A DNA stretch of 32,000 bases from Halomicrobium mukohataei DSM 12286. GTDB taxonomy: Archaea; Halobacteriota; Halobacteria; Halobacteriales; Haloarculaceae. The position numbers and the translations under genes are program-made. The number at the start of each line of letters is the position of its first letter. The stretch's first letter is position 1. The stretch spans positions 1,410,001 through 1,442,000 of the forward strand of contig NC_013202.1 in the NCBI RefSeq assembly GCF_000023965.1. The letters run 5' to 3'. This document shows, in pieces, positions 8,596 through 17,575 of the stretch. The notes below the pieces were generated by a model. It did no database searches, was not told the origin of the DNA, and saw only the letters and a program-made list of their open reading frames with translations.

Positions 8596-10041
8596 ATGCG
8601 ACGACGGACGTACGTACGATCACTGTCGGCGCTCGTGGGGCTCACGGGCGTCGGCGCGGCATCGGCACAGCAAGAGTACCCGACGTGGGATGCGAGCGCG
8701 ACCTACACGGAGGGTGACCGGGTCGTCTACGAGGGGACGATCTACGAGGCCCAGTGGTGGACACAGGGCGACGAACCCGGTAGCACCCAGTGGGGACCGT
8801 GGACCGTCGTCGACTCTTCGGACGGTGGCTCCGACGGGGGGAGTGACGGAGGTAGCGACGACGGGAGCGACGACGGCACGGACGGTGGCAGTGGGGAGAC
8901 CGACTATCCGGCCTGGGACGCCGGCACCACGTACACCGGCGGCGATCGGGTCGTCTACGAGGGGACGATCTACGAGGCCCAGTGGTGGACTCGGGGAGAC
9001 GAGCCCGACGCCGGTGGACCGTGGGACGAAGTCGGTCCCGCAGACGGTGGCGGTGGGGACGACGGCAGCGGTGACGACGACAGCGACGATTCAGACGGGG
9101 GCACGGGCACACCGGGCGCGATCCCGGAGAACGTCTTCGCCCCGTTCGTCGACGTGGCACTGGACGACCAGCAGGCGCTCACCGACGCGGTCTCGAACGC
9201 CGGAACGAAGTACTTCACGCTCGCGTTCGTCAACTCCGCCGGGGGCGAGCCGGCGTGGGCCGGCGACTCGAACCTGATCGTCGGCGAGAGCGGAGCACGC
9301 CTCGACATGCAGGGCCAGATCGCCGATCTCAGGGCCGACCACGGCGGCGAGGTCGTCGTCTCCTTTGGCGGTCTCAGTGGCACGTACCTCGCGGAGGCGG
9401 TGACGAGCGCGAGCACGCTCAAAGAGAAGTACGCGACCGTCGTCGATCGGCTCGACGCGCAGTTCATCGACTTCGACGAGGAACAACACATCCGGGACAA
9501 TCCGGAAGTCATCGAGCGTCGGAACGAGGCACTCGCTCTGCTCCAGGAGGAGTACCCGGAGCTGTCGATCTCGTACACGCTGCCGGTGATGCCCAGCGGG
9601 CTCCCCGAGCAATCGAGCAACGACGTGCTGTTCGTGCTCGAAGACGCGGCCCAGCGCGGCGTCGAACTCGACGCCGTGAACCTCATGACGATGAACTACG
9701 GCTCGGCGTTCGAACTGAACGGCGAGACCGTCGTCGACGCCGCCGAGAGCGTCCACGGACAGCTGGCCGACATCTATCCGGAGCGGTCGGCCGCCGAGCG
9801 CTGGAACGCGATCGGCCTGACGCCGATGATCGGCCAGAACGACGTGGACTCGAACGTGTTCTACCCCGAGGACGCACAGACGGTGCTCGATTTCGCCCAG
9901 GAGAAGAACCTCCGGTGGCTGTCGTTCTGGGAGCTCGTCCGCGACAACGGCGAGGGGAGCGCGCTCTACGAGAGCAGCCAGATCGATCAGGAACCCTACG
10001 AGTTCTCGTCGATCTTCGACGAGTTCACGAGCGACAGCTGA
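8596..10041 (+). CDS. secreted GH18-family chitinase with two N-terminal CBM5/12 chitin-binding modules
   Basis: Within ORF 8515..10041. The start is at the Tat signal MRRRTYVRSLSALVGLTGVGAASA. There are two copies of the Y..WD....Y..GDRVVYEGTIYEAQWWT.GDEP module, separated by a low-complexity linker rich in Asp, Gly and Ser. The catalytic domain has VVVSFGG and an intact DxDxE motif (FIDFDEE), plus TPMIGQND. Confidence 0.85.
   Translation: MRRRTYVRSLSALVGLTGVGAASAQQEYPTWDASATYTEGDRVVYEGTIYEAQWWTQGDEPGSTQWGPWTVVDSSDGGSDGGSDGGSDDGSDDGTDGGSGETDYPAWDAGTTYTGGDRVVYEGTIYEAQWWTRGDEPDAGGPWDEVGPADGGGGDDGSGDDDSDDSDGGTGTPGAIPENVFAPFVDVALDDQQALTDAVSNAGTKYFTLAFVNSAGGEPAWAGDSNLIVGESGARLDMQGQIADLRADHGGEVVVSFGGLSGTYLAEAVTSASTLKEKYATVVDRLDAQFIDFDEEQHIRDNPEVIERRNEALALLQEEYPELSISYTLPVMPSGLPEQSSNDVLFVLEDAAQRGVELDAVNLMTMNYGSAFELNGETVVDAAESVHGQLADIYPERSAAERWNAIGLTPMIGQNDVDSNVFYPEDAQTVLDFAQEKNLRWLSFWELVRDNGEGSALYESSQIDQEPYEFSSIFDEFTSDS
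8719..8990 (+). repeat. 44-nt perfect direct repeat (8719-8762 = 8947-8990) inside the chitinase gene
   Basis: Both copies read cgggtcgtctacgaggggacgatctacgaggcccagtggtggac. They encode the core of the two CBM5/12 modules. Confidence 0.9.
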
Positions 10042-10048
10042 CGTTCGC

Positions 10049-10894
10049 TCAGGCGTTCGCGACGGCGAATCTCACCTTCAGCGGCTCCAGCGTCTCGACG
10101 ACGGCCGCGCGTTCGCGTTCGATCGCGTCGGGATCGCCGGGCGGGTACGCCCGTGCGAGTTCGAGTGCCCGGTCGTAGGCCTCGCGCGCGTCGACGAGGA
10201 GTTCGTAGGCCGATTCGTCGTTGTCGGCCGCCAGCTCCCAGTCGGCGGCGTCTGCACACGCCGCCGCGTGCTCTCGGTGGGCGGCGACGAGCCGAGCGAG
10301 CACGGCTTCGGCGTCCTCGCGGGCCGCCCGTTCGGCGTCGCTGACCGGCTCGTCCTCGTCGCCCAGCAGCGTGGCCGCGCGGCGGTACGCGTCGAGCGCC
10401 GCCTCCAGCTCTGTGGCGCTGTCGGCGGGCTCAGTGGCCTCGCGCGCGGACTCGTGGTGGGCGCTGGCCCGATCGAGGACGTGCTCGGCGAGCGTCGACT
10501 CCAGCACGTCGACGGCCTCGTCGACCGCTCGTGCCTTGCGCGCGGTGAACTCGAATCGCTCCCTTTCCGTCTCGACGACGAGTGACTGTGTCAGGGTCTC
10601 CGTTCGTTTCTCGACGGCCTCGACGTCGTCGTAGGCGACTTCCGTACGGAAATCCGTCTCGTGGCCGGGCGGCACGCCCACGAGAAACAGGAGCCGACGG
10701 TCCGTGATCGCGGCGACGGCACCGTAGTCGGTGCCGGGTTCGATCACCGTCGTCTCGTCGCCGCCTCTGGTGAGGCCGACGCGCCTGTTGGTCAGGACGT
10801 GGTGGACCGTCTCCTCCGTGTCGCAGACGGCAGAGAGCGGCCGCTGGAGGAGATCGTCGGCGAGCGCGGCTGTCTCGTTGTTTTCCGACGCCAT
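10049..10894 (-). CDS. hypothetical acidic protein; N-terminal part looks like a bacterial-type PH/GRAM-like domain, C-terminal part helical
   Basis: 281-aa ORF of acidic composition. The segment ...AITDRRLLFLVGVP... resembles PH-like domains (from memory, weak). It converges on the chitinase gene with a 7-nt gap. Confidence 0.6.
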   Translation of the reverse strand: MASENNETAALADDLLQRPLSAVCDTEETVHHVLTNRRVGLTRGGDETTVIEPGTDYGAVAAITDRRLLFLVGVPPGHETDFRTEVAYDDVEAVEKRTETLTQSLVVETERERFEFTARKARAVDEAVDVLESTLAEHVLDRASAHHESAREATEPADSATELEAALDAYRRAATLLGDEDEPVSDAERAAREDAEAVLARLVAAHREHAAACADAADWELAADNDESAYELLVDAREAYDRALELARAYPPGDPDAIERERAAVVETLEPLKVRFAVANA

Positions 10895-10996
10895 GTGTCC
10901 CTACTCGTCGTTGTCCCCAGCGTCCACTGTCTCGATCGAACTATCAGCGATACGTCGCATAAGCGTAACGGTCCCCCCCAACGTGTGTGGGTGATC

Positions 10997-11020
10997 GGAG
11001 CCGGCGGCCCAGTCGGCTCC
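10997..11020 (-). terminator. hairpin downstream of nadC (7-bp stem ggagccg/cggctcc, 10-nt loop)
   Basis: Inverted repeat 10997-11003 / 11014-11020, about 25 nt past the nadC stop. Archaeal termination usually depends on oligo-T tracts, so its function is uncertain. Confidence 0.3.
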
Positions 11021-11044
11021 GCAGTGCTCGGCGTGGCGTCGATC

Positions 11045-11860
11045 TCACCCGGTCCGAAAGGACAGATCCAGCGTCGGCGCGGAGTGAGTGAGACTGCCCA
11101 TCGAGAGCACATCGACGCCGGTCGCGGCGTAGTCGGGGACCGTCTCGACGGTGATCCCGCCCGAGGCCTCGGTGAGTGCGTCGGCGTCGCTCTCAGCCAC
11201 GAGATCGACGGCTTCCCTCGTTTCTTCGGGCGTCATGTTGTCCAGCAGAACGATGTCTGCGCCGGCCTCGGCGGCCAGCGGAGCGTCGGCTGACTCCTCG
11301 ACTTCCACGTCGAGTTGGGTGGCAAACGAGGCTCGCTCGCGGAAGTGCTCGATCGCGCCTTCGAGGCCCATCTCGGCGACGTGGTTGTCCTTGACCATCA
11401 CCATATGAGAGAGGTCGAGCCGGTGGGTGTCGCCGCCTGCCGCGACGACAGCTCGCTTCTCGACGCCGCGGAGGCCGGGCGTGGTCTTGCGCGTCGCGGC
11501 GATCCGCACGTCCTCGTCTACTTCGCGGGCGGCGGCGACCGCGGCGTCGGTCTTCGTCGCGATGCCGGCGGCGTGGCCGGTGATGTTGACCGCCACGCGC
11601 TCGCCGCGTAGCACCGCTTGGGCCGGCCCTTCGACCCGGAGGACCACGTCGCCCGGCTCGATCAGTGTACCGTCGTCGGCGCGCTCGGTCACGGCTACGT
11701 CGAGGTAGTCGAAGACGGCTGCGGCGGCGTCGAGCCCTGCGACGACGCCGGCCTCCTTGGCGACGAGTCGCCCGGTCGTCTCGCCCGGCACGTCGTTGGT
11801 CACGTCGTGATGGCCCACGTCCTCGCGGAGCCACCGCTCGATGTCGCTGTCGGTGAGCAT
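11045..11860 (-). CDS. nadC: nicotinate-nucleotide pyrophosphorylase (quinolinate phosphoribosyltransferase)
   Basis: Within ORF 11045..12445. The true start is MLTDSDIERWLREDVGHHDVT at 11860. Its ATG shares one base with the nadB TGA (TGATG). QPRTase blocks are present: TRKTTPGLR, GGDTHRLDLS, MVKDNH, LLDNM. Confidence 0.9.
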   Translation of the reverse strand: MLTDSDIERWLREDVGHHDVTNDVPGETTGRLVAKEAGVVAGLDAAAAVFDYLDVAVTERADDGTLIEPGDVVLRVEGPAQAVLRGERVAVNITGHAAGIATKTDAAVAAAREVDEDVRIAATRKTTPGLRGVEKRAVVAAGGDTHRLDLSHMVMVKDNHVAEMGLEGAIEHFRERASFATQLDVEVEESADAPLAAEAGADIVLLDNMTPEETREAVDLVAESDADALTEASGGITVETVPDYAATGVDVLSMGSLTHSAPTLDLSFRTG

Positions 11861-13512
11861 CAGTCGTCGGCCTGTGTTTCGGGCTGCTGGGCCGCTTCGT
11901 CGTCGGTCACCACGTAGTGAGTGCCGACGCTCTCGTCGTTCTCCAGTGCGTGGCGAGTCACCAGCAGCGCCGTCACGCTGGCGTTGCGCAGTTCGTACAG
12001 CGACCGGGAGGTACGGGTGCGGACGTAGGCGTCGACCTCGCCCTTGAGCCGTCGGAGCACCCCCAGCGCCCGGTTCAGGTCTGCCGGATCGCGTTCGAGG
12101 CCGACGTACTCCTCGGTCACGCGGCGCAGGCGGTGGAACTTCTGGCGGGCGAAGTCCTCGGGCAGATCGGGGTCTCGCTCCAGCAGGTCCGGTGCCTCGA
12201 TGACCTCGGCCTCGTTGCCGGCGGCGTCGGCACCGGCGCGAAGGCCCCAGACCAGCCCTTCGAGCAGGCTCGTCGAGGCCAGTCGGTTCGCACCGTGGAC
12301 GCCGGTGCGAGCACACTCGCCGACGGCGTACAGGCGGTCGAGGCTCGTCTGTCCACGGTCGTCGACGGCGACGCCGCCACAGAGGAAGTGTTCGGCGGGT
12401 GCGACCGGGATACCCTCGGTCCAGTCGACACCGCGGTCCTCGCACTTCTCGACGAGCCCGGGGAACTCGCTCTCGAAGTCCAGCGGGCTCACGTCCAGCA
12501 CGACGGTGCCAGTCGCCTCGCGCTCGGCGGCGACCGCACGCGCGACCACGTCGCGAGGAGCGAGTTCGGCGTCCGTGTGGTAGTCTGGCATGAATCGCTC
12601 GCCACCGGGAGACTCCGTCTCCCGAGCCTCCGAGTCAGAAGACTCGGAGACGTCGCCGTTCCGGAGGAGTGCGCCCTCGCCCCGGACGGCCTCGCTGAGG
12701 AGGAAGCCGTCTTCCCCGTCTTCTGCGGCATAGGCGGTCGGGTGGAACTGAACGAACTCCATGTCCTCGACGTCCGCGCCAGCAAGGGCCGCCATGGCGA
12801 TGCCGTCGCCGGTCGAGCCAGTCGGATTCGTCGAGTGGGTGAACAGGTCACCAATACCGCCGGTGGCCAGCACGGTCGCGCCGGCGTAGACGGGCGAGTA
12901 CTCGCCGTCGGATTCGAGCATCGCGCCGTGGACCCGCCCCTCGTGGCGGATCAGATCGAGCGCGGCCGTGTCGTCTCGCATCTCCACGTTCTCGTGATCG
13001 TCGAGATAGTTCAGGAACGGGATATGGATGTGCTTGCCCGTCGCGGCGTCGACGTGGAGGATTCGGTCCTCGCTGTGGGCGGCCTCGCGTCCGAAGTCGA
13101 ACTCCTCGTCTCCGTCGCCGTCGTTCTCGCTCACGGGTCGTTCCTCCCCGTTCGCCCGTTCCGAGGACTCCCGCTGGTCGTCCTCGCCCTCGACATCAAA
13201 TTCCACGTCCAGCGTCTCGACGAGCACGTCACGGACTGCCTCGTTGGCGTTCTCGACGAGCACGTCGACCGCGTCGGGGTCGGCCGTGTTGTCAGAGGCC
13301 GCGAGGATGTCCTGCTTGAACTGCTCGGGGTGGTCGCGGGCGACGGCGATGCCACCCTGTGCCCACCAGGAGGAAGCCCCCTCGGGCCGCGTTGCCTTTG
13401 TCGCGACGACGACGTTCTCGCCCTGGCGGGCGGCGGCGAGTGCCGCGGCGAGGCCGGCAATCCCGGAGCCCACGACGAGCACGTCAGTCGTCTCGTGGTC
13501 TGTTCCACTCAT
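11860..13512 (-). CDS. nadB: L-aspartate oxidase
   Basis: 550 aa. The FAD-binding N-terminus is DVLVVGSGIAGLAAAL. Further blocks are AQGGIA, ATGG, GDGIAMA, FHPT and HGANRLASTSLLEGLV. Confidence 0.95.
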   Translation of the reverse strand: MSGTDHETTDVLVVGSGIAGLAAALAAARQGENVVVATKATRPEGASSWWAQGGIAVARDHPEQFKQDILAASDNTADPDAVDVLVENANEAVRDVLVETLDVEFDVEGEDDQRESSERANGEERPVSENDGDGDEEFDFGREAAHSEDRILHVDAATGKHIHIPFLNYLDDHENVEMRDDTAALDLIRHEGRVHGAMLESDGEYSPVYAGATVLATGGIGDLFTHSTNPTGSTGDGIAMAALAGADVEDMEFVQFHPTAYAAEDGEDGFLLSEAVRGEGALLRNGDVSESSDSEARETESPGGERFMPDYHTDAELAPRDVVARAVAAEREATGTVVLDVSPLDFESEFPGLVEKCEDRGVDWTEGIPVAPAEHFLCGGVAVDDRGQTSLDRLYAVGECARTGVHGANRLASTSLLEGLVWGLRAGADAAGNEAEVIEAPDLLERDPDLPEDFARQKFHRLRRVTEEYVGLERDPADLNRALGVLRRLKGEVDAYVRTRTSRSLYELRNASVTALLVTRHALENDESVGTHYVVTDDEAAQQPETQADD

Positions 13513-13513
13513 G

Positions 13514-14644
13514 TCAGATCTCTATCATCCGGTCGAGCGCGACCTGAGCGAGTTCCTTCTCTTCGGGTGCGACCTCGATAACGTTGCGCTCGCGACCTTC
13601 GACCAGCTCTTCGAGCACCCACGCGAGGTAGTTCGGGTCGATCTGTCGCATGGCGTTGCAGTCCATGCAGGCCTCGCCACACAGCGGGACCACGTTCACC
13701 TCTGGGTGCCACCGCTGGAGGTGGTGGGTCAGGTGGATCTCCGTGCCGATAGCCCACGTGTCGCCGGGGTCGGCCTCTTCGACGACCTCGCAGATCCGGG
13801 CCGTGGAGCCAGCCTCGTCCGCCGCCTCGACGACCTCTCGGCGACACTCCGGGTGGACGATGACGTTGGCGTCGTCGTACTCCTCGCGCACTTGCTCGAT
13901 GTGGGACTCGCGGAACCGCTCGTGGACCTGGCAGTAGCCGTCCCAGAGGATGATGTCGTTCTCGACGGCCTTGCTGGCGTCCTTGGAGTCGGGGTCCCAC
14001 GGGTCCCACTCGACGATCTCGTCTTCGAGTCCCAGCCGGTGGGCCGTGTTCTCGCCCAGGTGCTTGTCGGGCAGGAACAGGACCTTGTCGCCCTGCTCGA
14101 AGGCGTACTCGAAGGCCTCGTGGGCGTTGGAGGACGTACAGACCAGCCCGCCCTGCTCGGCACAGAAGGCCTTCAGGTCGGCGTAGCTGTTCATGTACGT
14201 GATCGGGACGACGTTGGCGTCGGTCTCGGCGGTCAACTCGGCCCACGCCGCGTCGACCTGGAGAGCCTCTGCCATGCCGGCCATCGGACAGGACGCCTCC
14301 ATGCTCGGGAGGATCACGCTCTGGTCGTCGTCCGTGATGATGTCGGCGGACTCGGCCATGAACGTCACGCCGCCGAAGATCACGTAGTCGGCGTCGGCGT
14401 TGGCTGCCTCCTTGCTCAGCTGGTAGGAGTCGCCGATGAAGTCGGCGTGCTCGACGATCTCCCGGCGCTGGTAGTTGTGTCCGAGGATCACCACGTCGTC
14501 CCCGAGTGTGTCGAGCGCGCTCTCGATTCGCTCGGTCCGTTCGTCCTCCCCGAGATCCCGATACTCCGGCGGGAGCTGTTCGAGGTTGTCGTACTTGAAG
14601 AGACTGAGGTCAGTCTCGAACTCCGCGGATTCCATTGCTGGCAT
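13514..14644 (-). CDS. nadA: quinolinate synthase
   Basis: 376 aa. NadA-like blocks are present: ILGHNYQ, FIGDS, FGGVTFMAES, CPMA, NSYADLKA, CTSSNA. Its stop lies 1 nt from the nadB start. M4 (14635) is an alternative start. Confidence 0.95.
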   Translation of the reverse strand: MPAMESAEFETDLSLFKYDNLEQLPPEYRDLGEDERTERIESALDTLGDDVVILGHNYQRREIVEHADFIGDSYQLSKEAANADADYVIFGGVTFMAESADIITDDDQSVILPSMEASCPMAGMAEALQVDAAWAELTAETDANVVPITYMNSYADLKAFCAEQGGLVCTSSNAHEAFEYAFEQGDKVLFLPDKHLGENTAHRLGLEDEIVEWDPWDPDSKDASKAVENDIILWDGYCQVHERFRESHIEQVREEYDDANVIVHPECRREVVEAADEAGSTARICEVVEEADPGDTWAIGTEIHLTHHLQRWHPEVNVVPLCGEACMDCNAMRQIDPNYLAWVLEELVEGRERNVIEVAPEEKELAQVALDRMIEI

Positions 14645-14682
14645 AGCTGGCTACCCCTGTTGTCTCTTCCTACGGAACCCCG

Positions 14683-14707
14683 TATTGAAAAGATTTTACC
14701 TTCAATA
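14683..14707. promoter_or_regulatory. AT-rich inverted repeat upstream of nadA (tattgaa-N11-ttcaata)
   Basis: 7-bp perfect arms at 14683-14689 and 14701-14707 around aagattttacc. It lies 39-63 nt upstream of the nadA ATG, in the divergent spacer. Confidence 0.35.
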
Positions 14708-14901
14708 TGCGGGACCGGTGGCATTCTGGGAGTCGATAGCCGCCGTTGTAGTATCGTGATGTTTGTTAGCACACAATCGGCGCGGCCGCCGAGCCGACGG
14801 GCCGCGTGGAGGCCCGAAAGCCTCGGTACGGTTGACTTACCGATCGTCGGTCGGCGGTTGGCTCCAAATAACAAACCGCCCCACGGAGAGAGACGAGGGG
14901 T

Positions 14902-16296
14902 ATGGGAGACAATTCGGGCGGTAATCCCGGACCGAACGGCGAGTCTGACGGGAGCACACGGCGGGCGTTTCTGGGAGTGACACTCGGGGGCGCGCTCGTG
15001 GGAACCGCTGGCGTCGCCGGCACCGCGACGGCACAGGTAAGCGACAGCCAGTTCGCGATCGGCTGTGACTACGTCGAGGTTACCAACTCGACCGGCATCG
15101 ACGCCGTCCGGGTCGCCTTCGAAGACGGCAGCTCCGTCCAGTCGAGAAACGGGGTCTCTCTCGACGACGGCGAACCGGTCCGCTACGGCTCGCCGGGACG
15201 GATCGTCGACTCGGTCACGATCAACGGCACGCAGACGGTCGACAACCCGGACCCGTGCCAGCGTCGACACAGAGCCACGACGTTTACGGCCGCCAGCGTC
15301 CACGTCCCCGTCGGCGAGTTCGTCCTCTCTGGGGGCGTGCCGTCGGTGCTGACCTCGCGAGTTCGCTTGCACTTCGTCGACGGGACGACCGAGACGAAGC
15401 AGCGCTACAGCGAGGACGGAGTGGGCGACACCGACGACTTCCCGGAGCTGTCCGGCATCCGCGACACCGACGGCATGGACGCCGTCCCGAACGTCTACCG
15501 GGGGAGCGGCCAGCACGCGGGCAAGACGATCGAGGCCATCGAGATCGAAACCGACCAGGACTACCGTCGACACTACCTCTGCAGCGACGTGGCCGAGGCC
15601 GCCACACTCGGCACGGAGACGCCCCAAGAGCGCTGCGTCGAGGTCGTCGGAGCGAGCCAGGGCGACGTGAGCTACGAGCTGACCGCGACCGGACCGATCC
15701 GGCCGACGACGATCAACGACCGGATCGGTGCCGGCGACAACGACACCGTCAGCCGGAACGACGACGGCACGTGGACGGTCAGTGGCTTCACCGGGAACAC
15801 CGGATACGGCGACTCGTTCGTGGTCAACGGCGCGATCACGGAGATCAGACAGACCGGCGGCGACGGCGACTACGTCGTCCGCGAGATGGACCGGCGCGTC
15901 GTCGGCGGGAGCACGGACGCCGTCGGCGGCTCCCCGGACGGTACCAGTGACGGCGGTGGGGAGGACGGCAGCGGCGACGAACCCACCACTCACGAGGTCG
16001 CCGTCGTCGCCACCGAACGGGGCGAGGTGCGCTACGAGTTCACCGTCGACGGATCGGTCGAGCGAGCGGCCGACGTGGCCGACGACCTCGTCGCCGAGGA
16101 CAACGACGCGATCACCGACAGCGGCGACGGGACGGTCACCGTCTCGGGGTACACGGGCAACCCCGGCTACGGCGACACCTTCCTCGTGACCGGGGACCTG
16201 ACCGCCTTCGAGCGCACCGGCGGTGACGCGGCCTTCCGGATCGAACTCGACGGCGCGTCCGTCACCGCCGACGAACTGGTCGAACGCCTGTCCTGA
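14902..16296 (+). CDS. Tat-secreted protein of unknown function with two tandem ~90-aa repeat domains
   Basis: 464 aa. It carries a twin-arginine signal (STRRAFLGVTLGGALVGTAGVAGTATA). Two homologous C-terminal modules share the pattern V.YE.T..G.......D.....DND....D.GT.TVSG.TGN.GYGD.F.V.G.......TGGD. Confidence 0.75.
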   Translation: MGDNSGGNPGPNGESDGSTRRAFLGVTLGGALVGTAGVAGTATAQVSDSQFAIGCDYVEVTNSTGIDAVRVAFEDGSSVQSRNGVSLDDGEPVRYGSPGRIVDSVTINGTQTVDNPDPCQRRHRATTFTAASVHVPVGEFVLSGGVPSVLTSRVRLHFVDGTTETKQRYSEDGVGDTDDFPELSGIRDTDGMDAVPNVYRGSGQHAGKTIEAIEIETDQDYRRHYLCSDVAEAATLGTETPQERCVEVVGASQGDVSYELTATGPIRPTTINDRIGAGDNDTVSRNDDGTWTVSGFTGNTGYGDSFVVNGAITEIRQTGGDGDYVVREMDRRVVGGSTDAVGGSPDGTSDGGGEDGSGDEPTTHEVAVVATERGEVRYEFTVDGSVERAADVADDLVAEDNDAITDSGDGTVTVSGYTGNPGYGDTFLVTGDLTAFERTGGDAAFRIELDGASVTADELVERLS

Positions 16297-16338
16297 CGGA
16301 TCAGAACTGTTAGGGGAGTCGCCCGCAAGCATCCGGTC

Positions 16339-17550
16339 ATGACCGACGCCGAGGAGCTCGCAGCGCGCGTCCGCGATGGGGAGCTTCGCCTCTACGAACT
16401 CGAAGAGCACGCCGACGCCGAGACCGCCGCGACGGCACGCCGACGGTTGCTGGCCGAAGAGACCGGCGTCGACCTCGAATCGATCGGCGACTACACCTTC
16501 GAGGCCGCCGACGCCGAACCCAACGTCGAGAACATGATCGGCGCGGCCCAGCTGCCGATGGGCGTCGTCGGACCCCTTCCCGTCGACGGGAGCGCCGCCG
16601 ACGGCGAGCACTATCTCCCGCTGGCCACGACCGAGGGCGCGCTCGTGGCCAGCGTCAACCGCGGCGTCAGCACGATCAGGCGCGCCGGGGGTGCGACCGC
16701 TCGCGTGCTCAAGTCGGGGATGACCCGCGCGCCGGTCTTCCGCGTCGAGGACGTGGCCGCGGCCGGCGAGGTGTCGGCCTGGGTGCGCGAACACGTCGAG
16801 GACCTCGCCGAGGCCGCCGAGGCGACCACCGGACACGGCGAACTCCAGGACGTGACCCCCTACGTCGTCGGCGACAACGTCTTCCTGCGGTTTTCCTACG
16901 ACACCAAAGACGCCATGGGGATGAACATGGCGACGATCGCGACCGAAGCCGCCTGCGAGATCGTCGAGCGCGAGACGCCCGCCGAGCTGGTCGCGCTGTC
17001 GGGCAACCTCTGTTCGGACAAGAAGCCCGCCGCGATCAACGCCGTCGAGGGACGGGGCCGCACCGTCGCCGCGGACGTGTTGATCCCCCACGAACAGGTC
17101 GAGGAGCGACTCGGGACGACCACCGAGGCCATCGCCGAGGCGAACACGCGCAAGAACCTCGTGGGCTCGGCCAAGGCCGGGGCGCTCGGCTTCAACGCCC
17201 ACGCGGCAAACGTCGTCGCCGCGGCCTTCCTCGCGACCGGCCAGGACGCCGCACAGGTCGTCGAAGGCGCGAACGCGATCACGACCGTCGACGCCCGCGA
17301 GGACGGGCTGTACGCCTCCGTGACGCTGGCGTCGCTGGAGGTCGGCACCGTCGGCGGCGGCACGAGCCTCCCGACCCAGGCCGAGGGGCTGGACGTGCTG
17401 GGCTACGCCGGTGGCGGCGACCCCGCGGGCAGCAACGCCGACGCCCTCGCGGAAGTGATCGCCGCCGGGGCGCTGGCCGGCGAACTCTCCCTGTTGGCGG
17501 CACTCTCCTCGCGGCACCTCTCCAGTGCTCACGAGGATCTCGGCCGATAG
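16339..17550 (+). CDS. hmgA: hydroxymethylglutaryl-CoA reductase (class I, archaeal)
   Basis: 403 aa. Blocks present: ENMIGAAQLPMGVVGPL, LATTEGALVAS, DAMGMNM, SGNLCSDKKPAAIN, GRG, VGTVGGGT. Confidence 0.95.
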   Translation: MTDAEELAARVRDGELRLYELEEHADAETAATARRRLLAEETGVDLESIGDYTFEAADAEPNVENMIGAAQLPMGVVGPLPVDGSAADGEHYLPLATTEGALVASVNRGVSTIRRAGGATARVLKSGMTRAPVFRVEDVAAAGEVSAWVREHVEDLAEAAEATTGHGELQDVTPYVVGDNVFLRFSYDTKDAMGMNMATIATEAACEIVERETPAELVALSGNLCSDKKPAAINAVEGRGRTVAADVLIPHEQVEERLGTTTEAIAEANTRKNLVGSAKAGALGFNAHAANVVAAAFLATGQDAAQVVEGANAITTVDAREDGLYASVTLASLEVGTVGGGTSLPTQAEGLDVLGYAGGGDPAGSNADALAEVIAAGALAGELSLLAALSSRHLSSAHEDLGR

Positions 17551-17555
17551 CAGCA

Positions 17556-17575
17556 CTCGAACGATCGATTTCGAG
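17556..17575 (+). terminator. short hairpin just after the hmgA stop (ctcgaa-cgatcgat-ttcgag)
   Basis: 6-bp stem at 17556-17561 / 17570-17575. It is weak and has no adjacent T-tract. Confidence 0.2.

Noticed and set aside
11045-12445. Long N-terminal extensions suggested by the ORF track for nadC (466 aa), icd (631 aa, 24453..26348), the CPBP protease (380 aa), cupin (213 aa), AKR (383 aa) and the epimerase (349 aa).
   Set aside because: The extensions overlap upstream genes or promoter elements and are Arg/Pro-rich. Family-typical N-termini begin at internal ATGs, which also give canonical operon junctions or TATA spacing.
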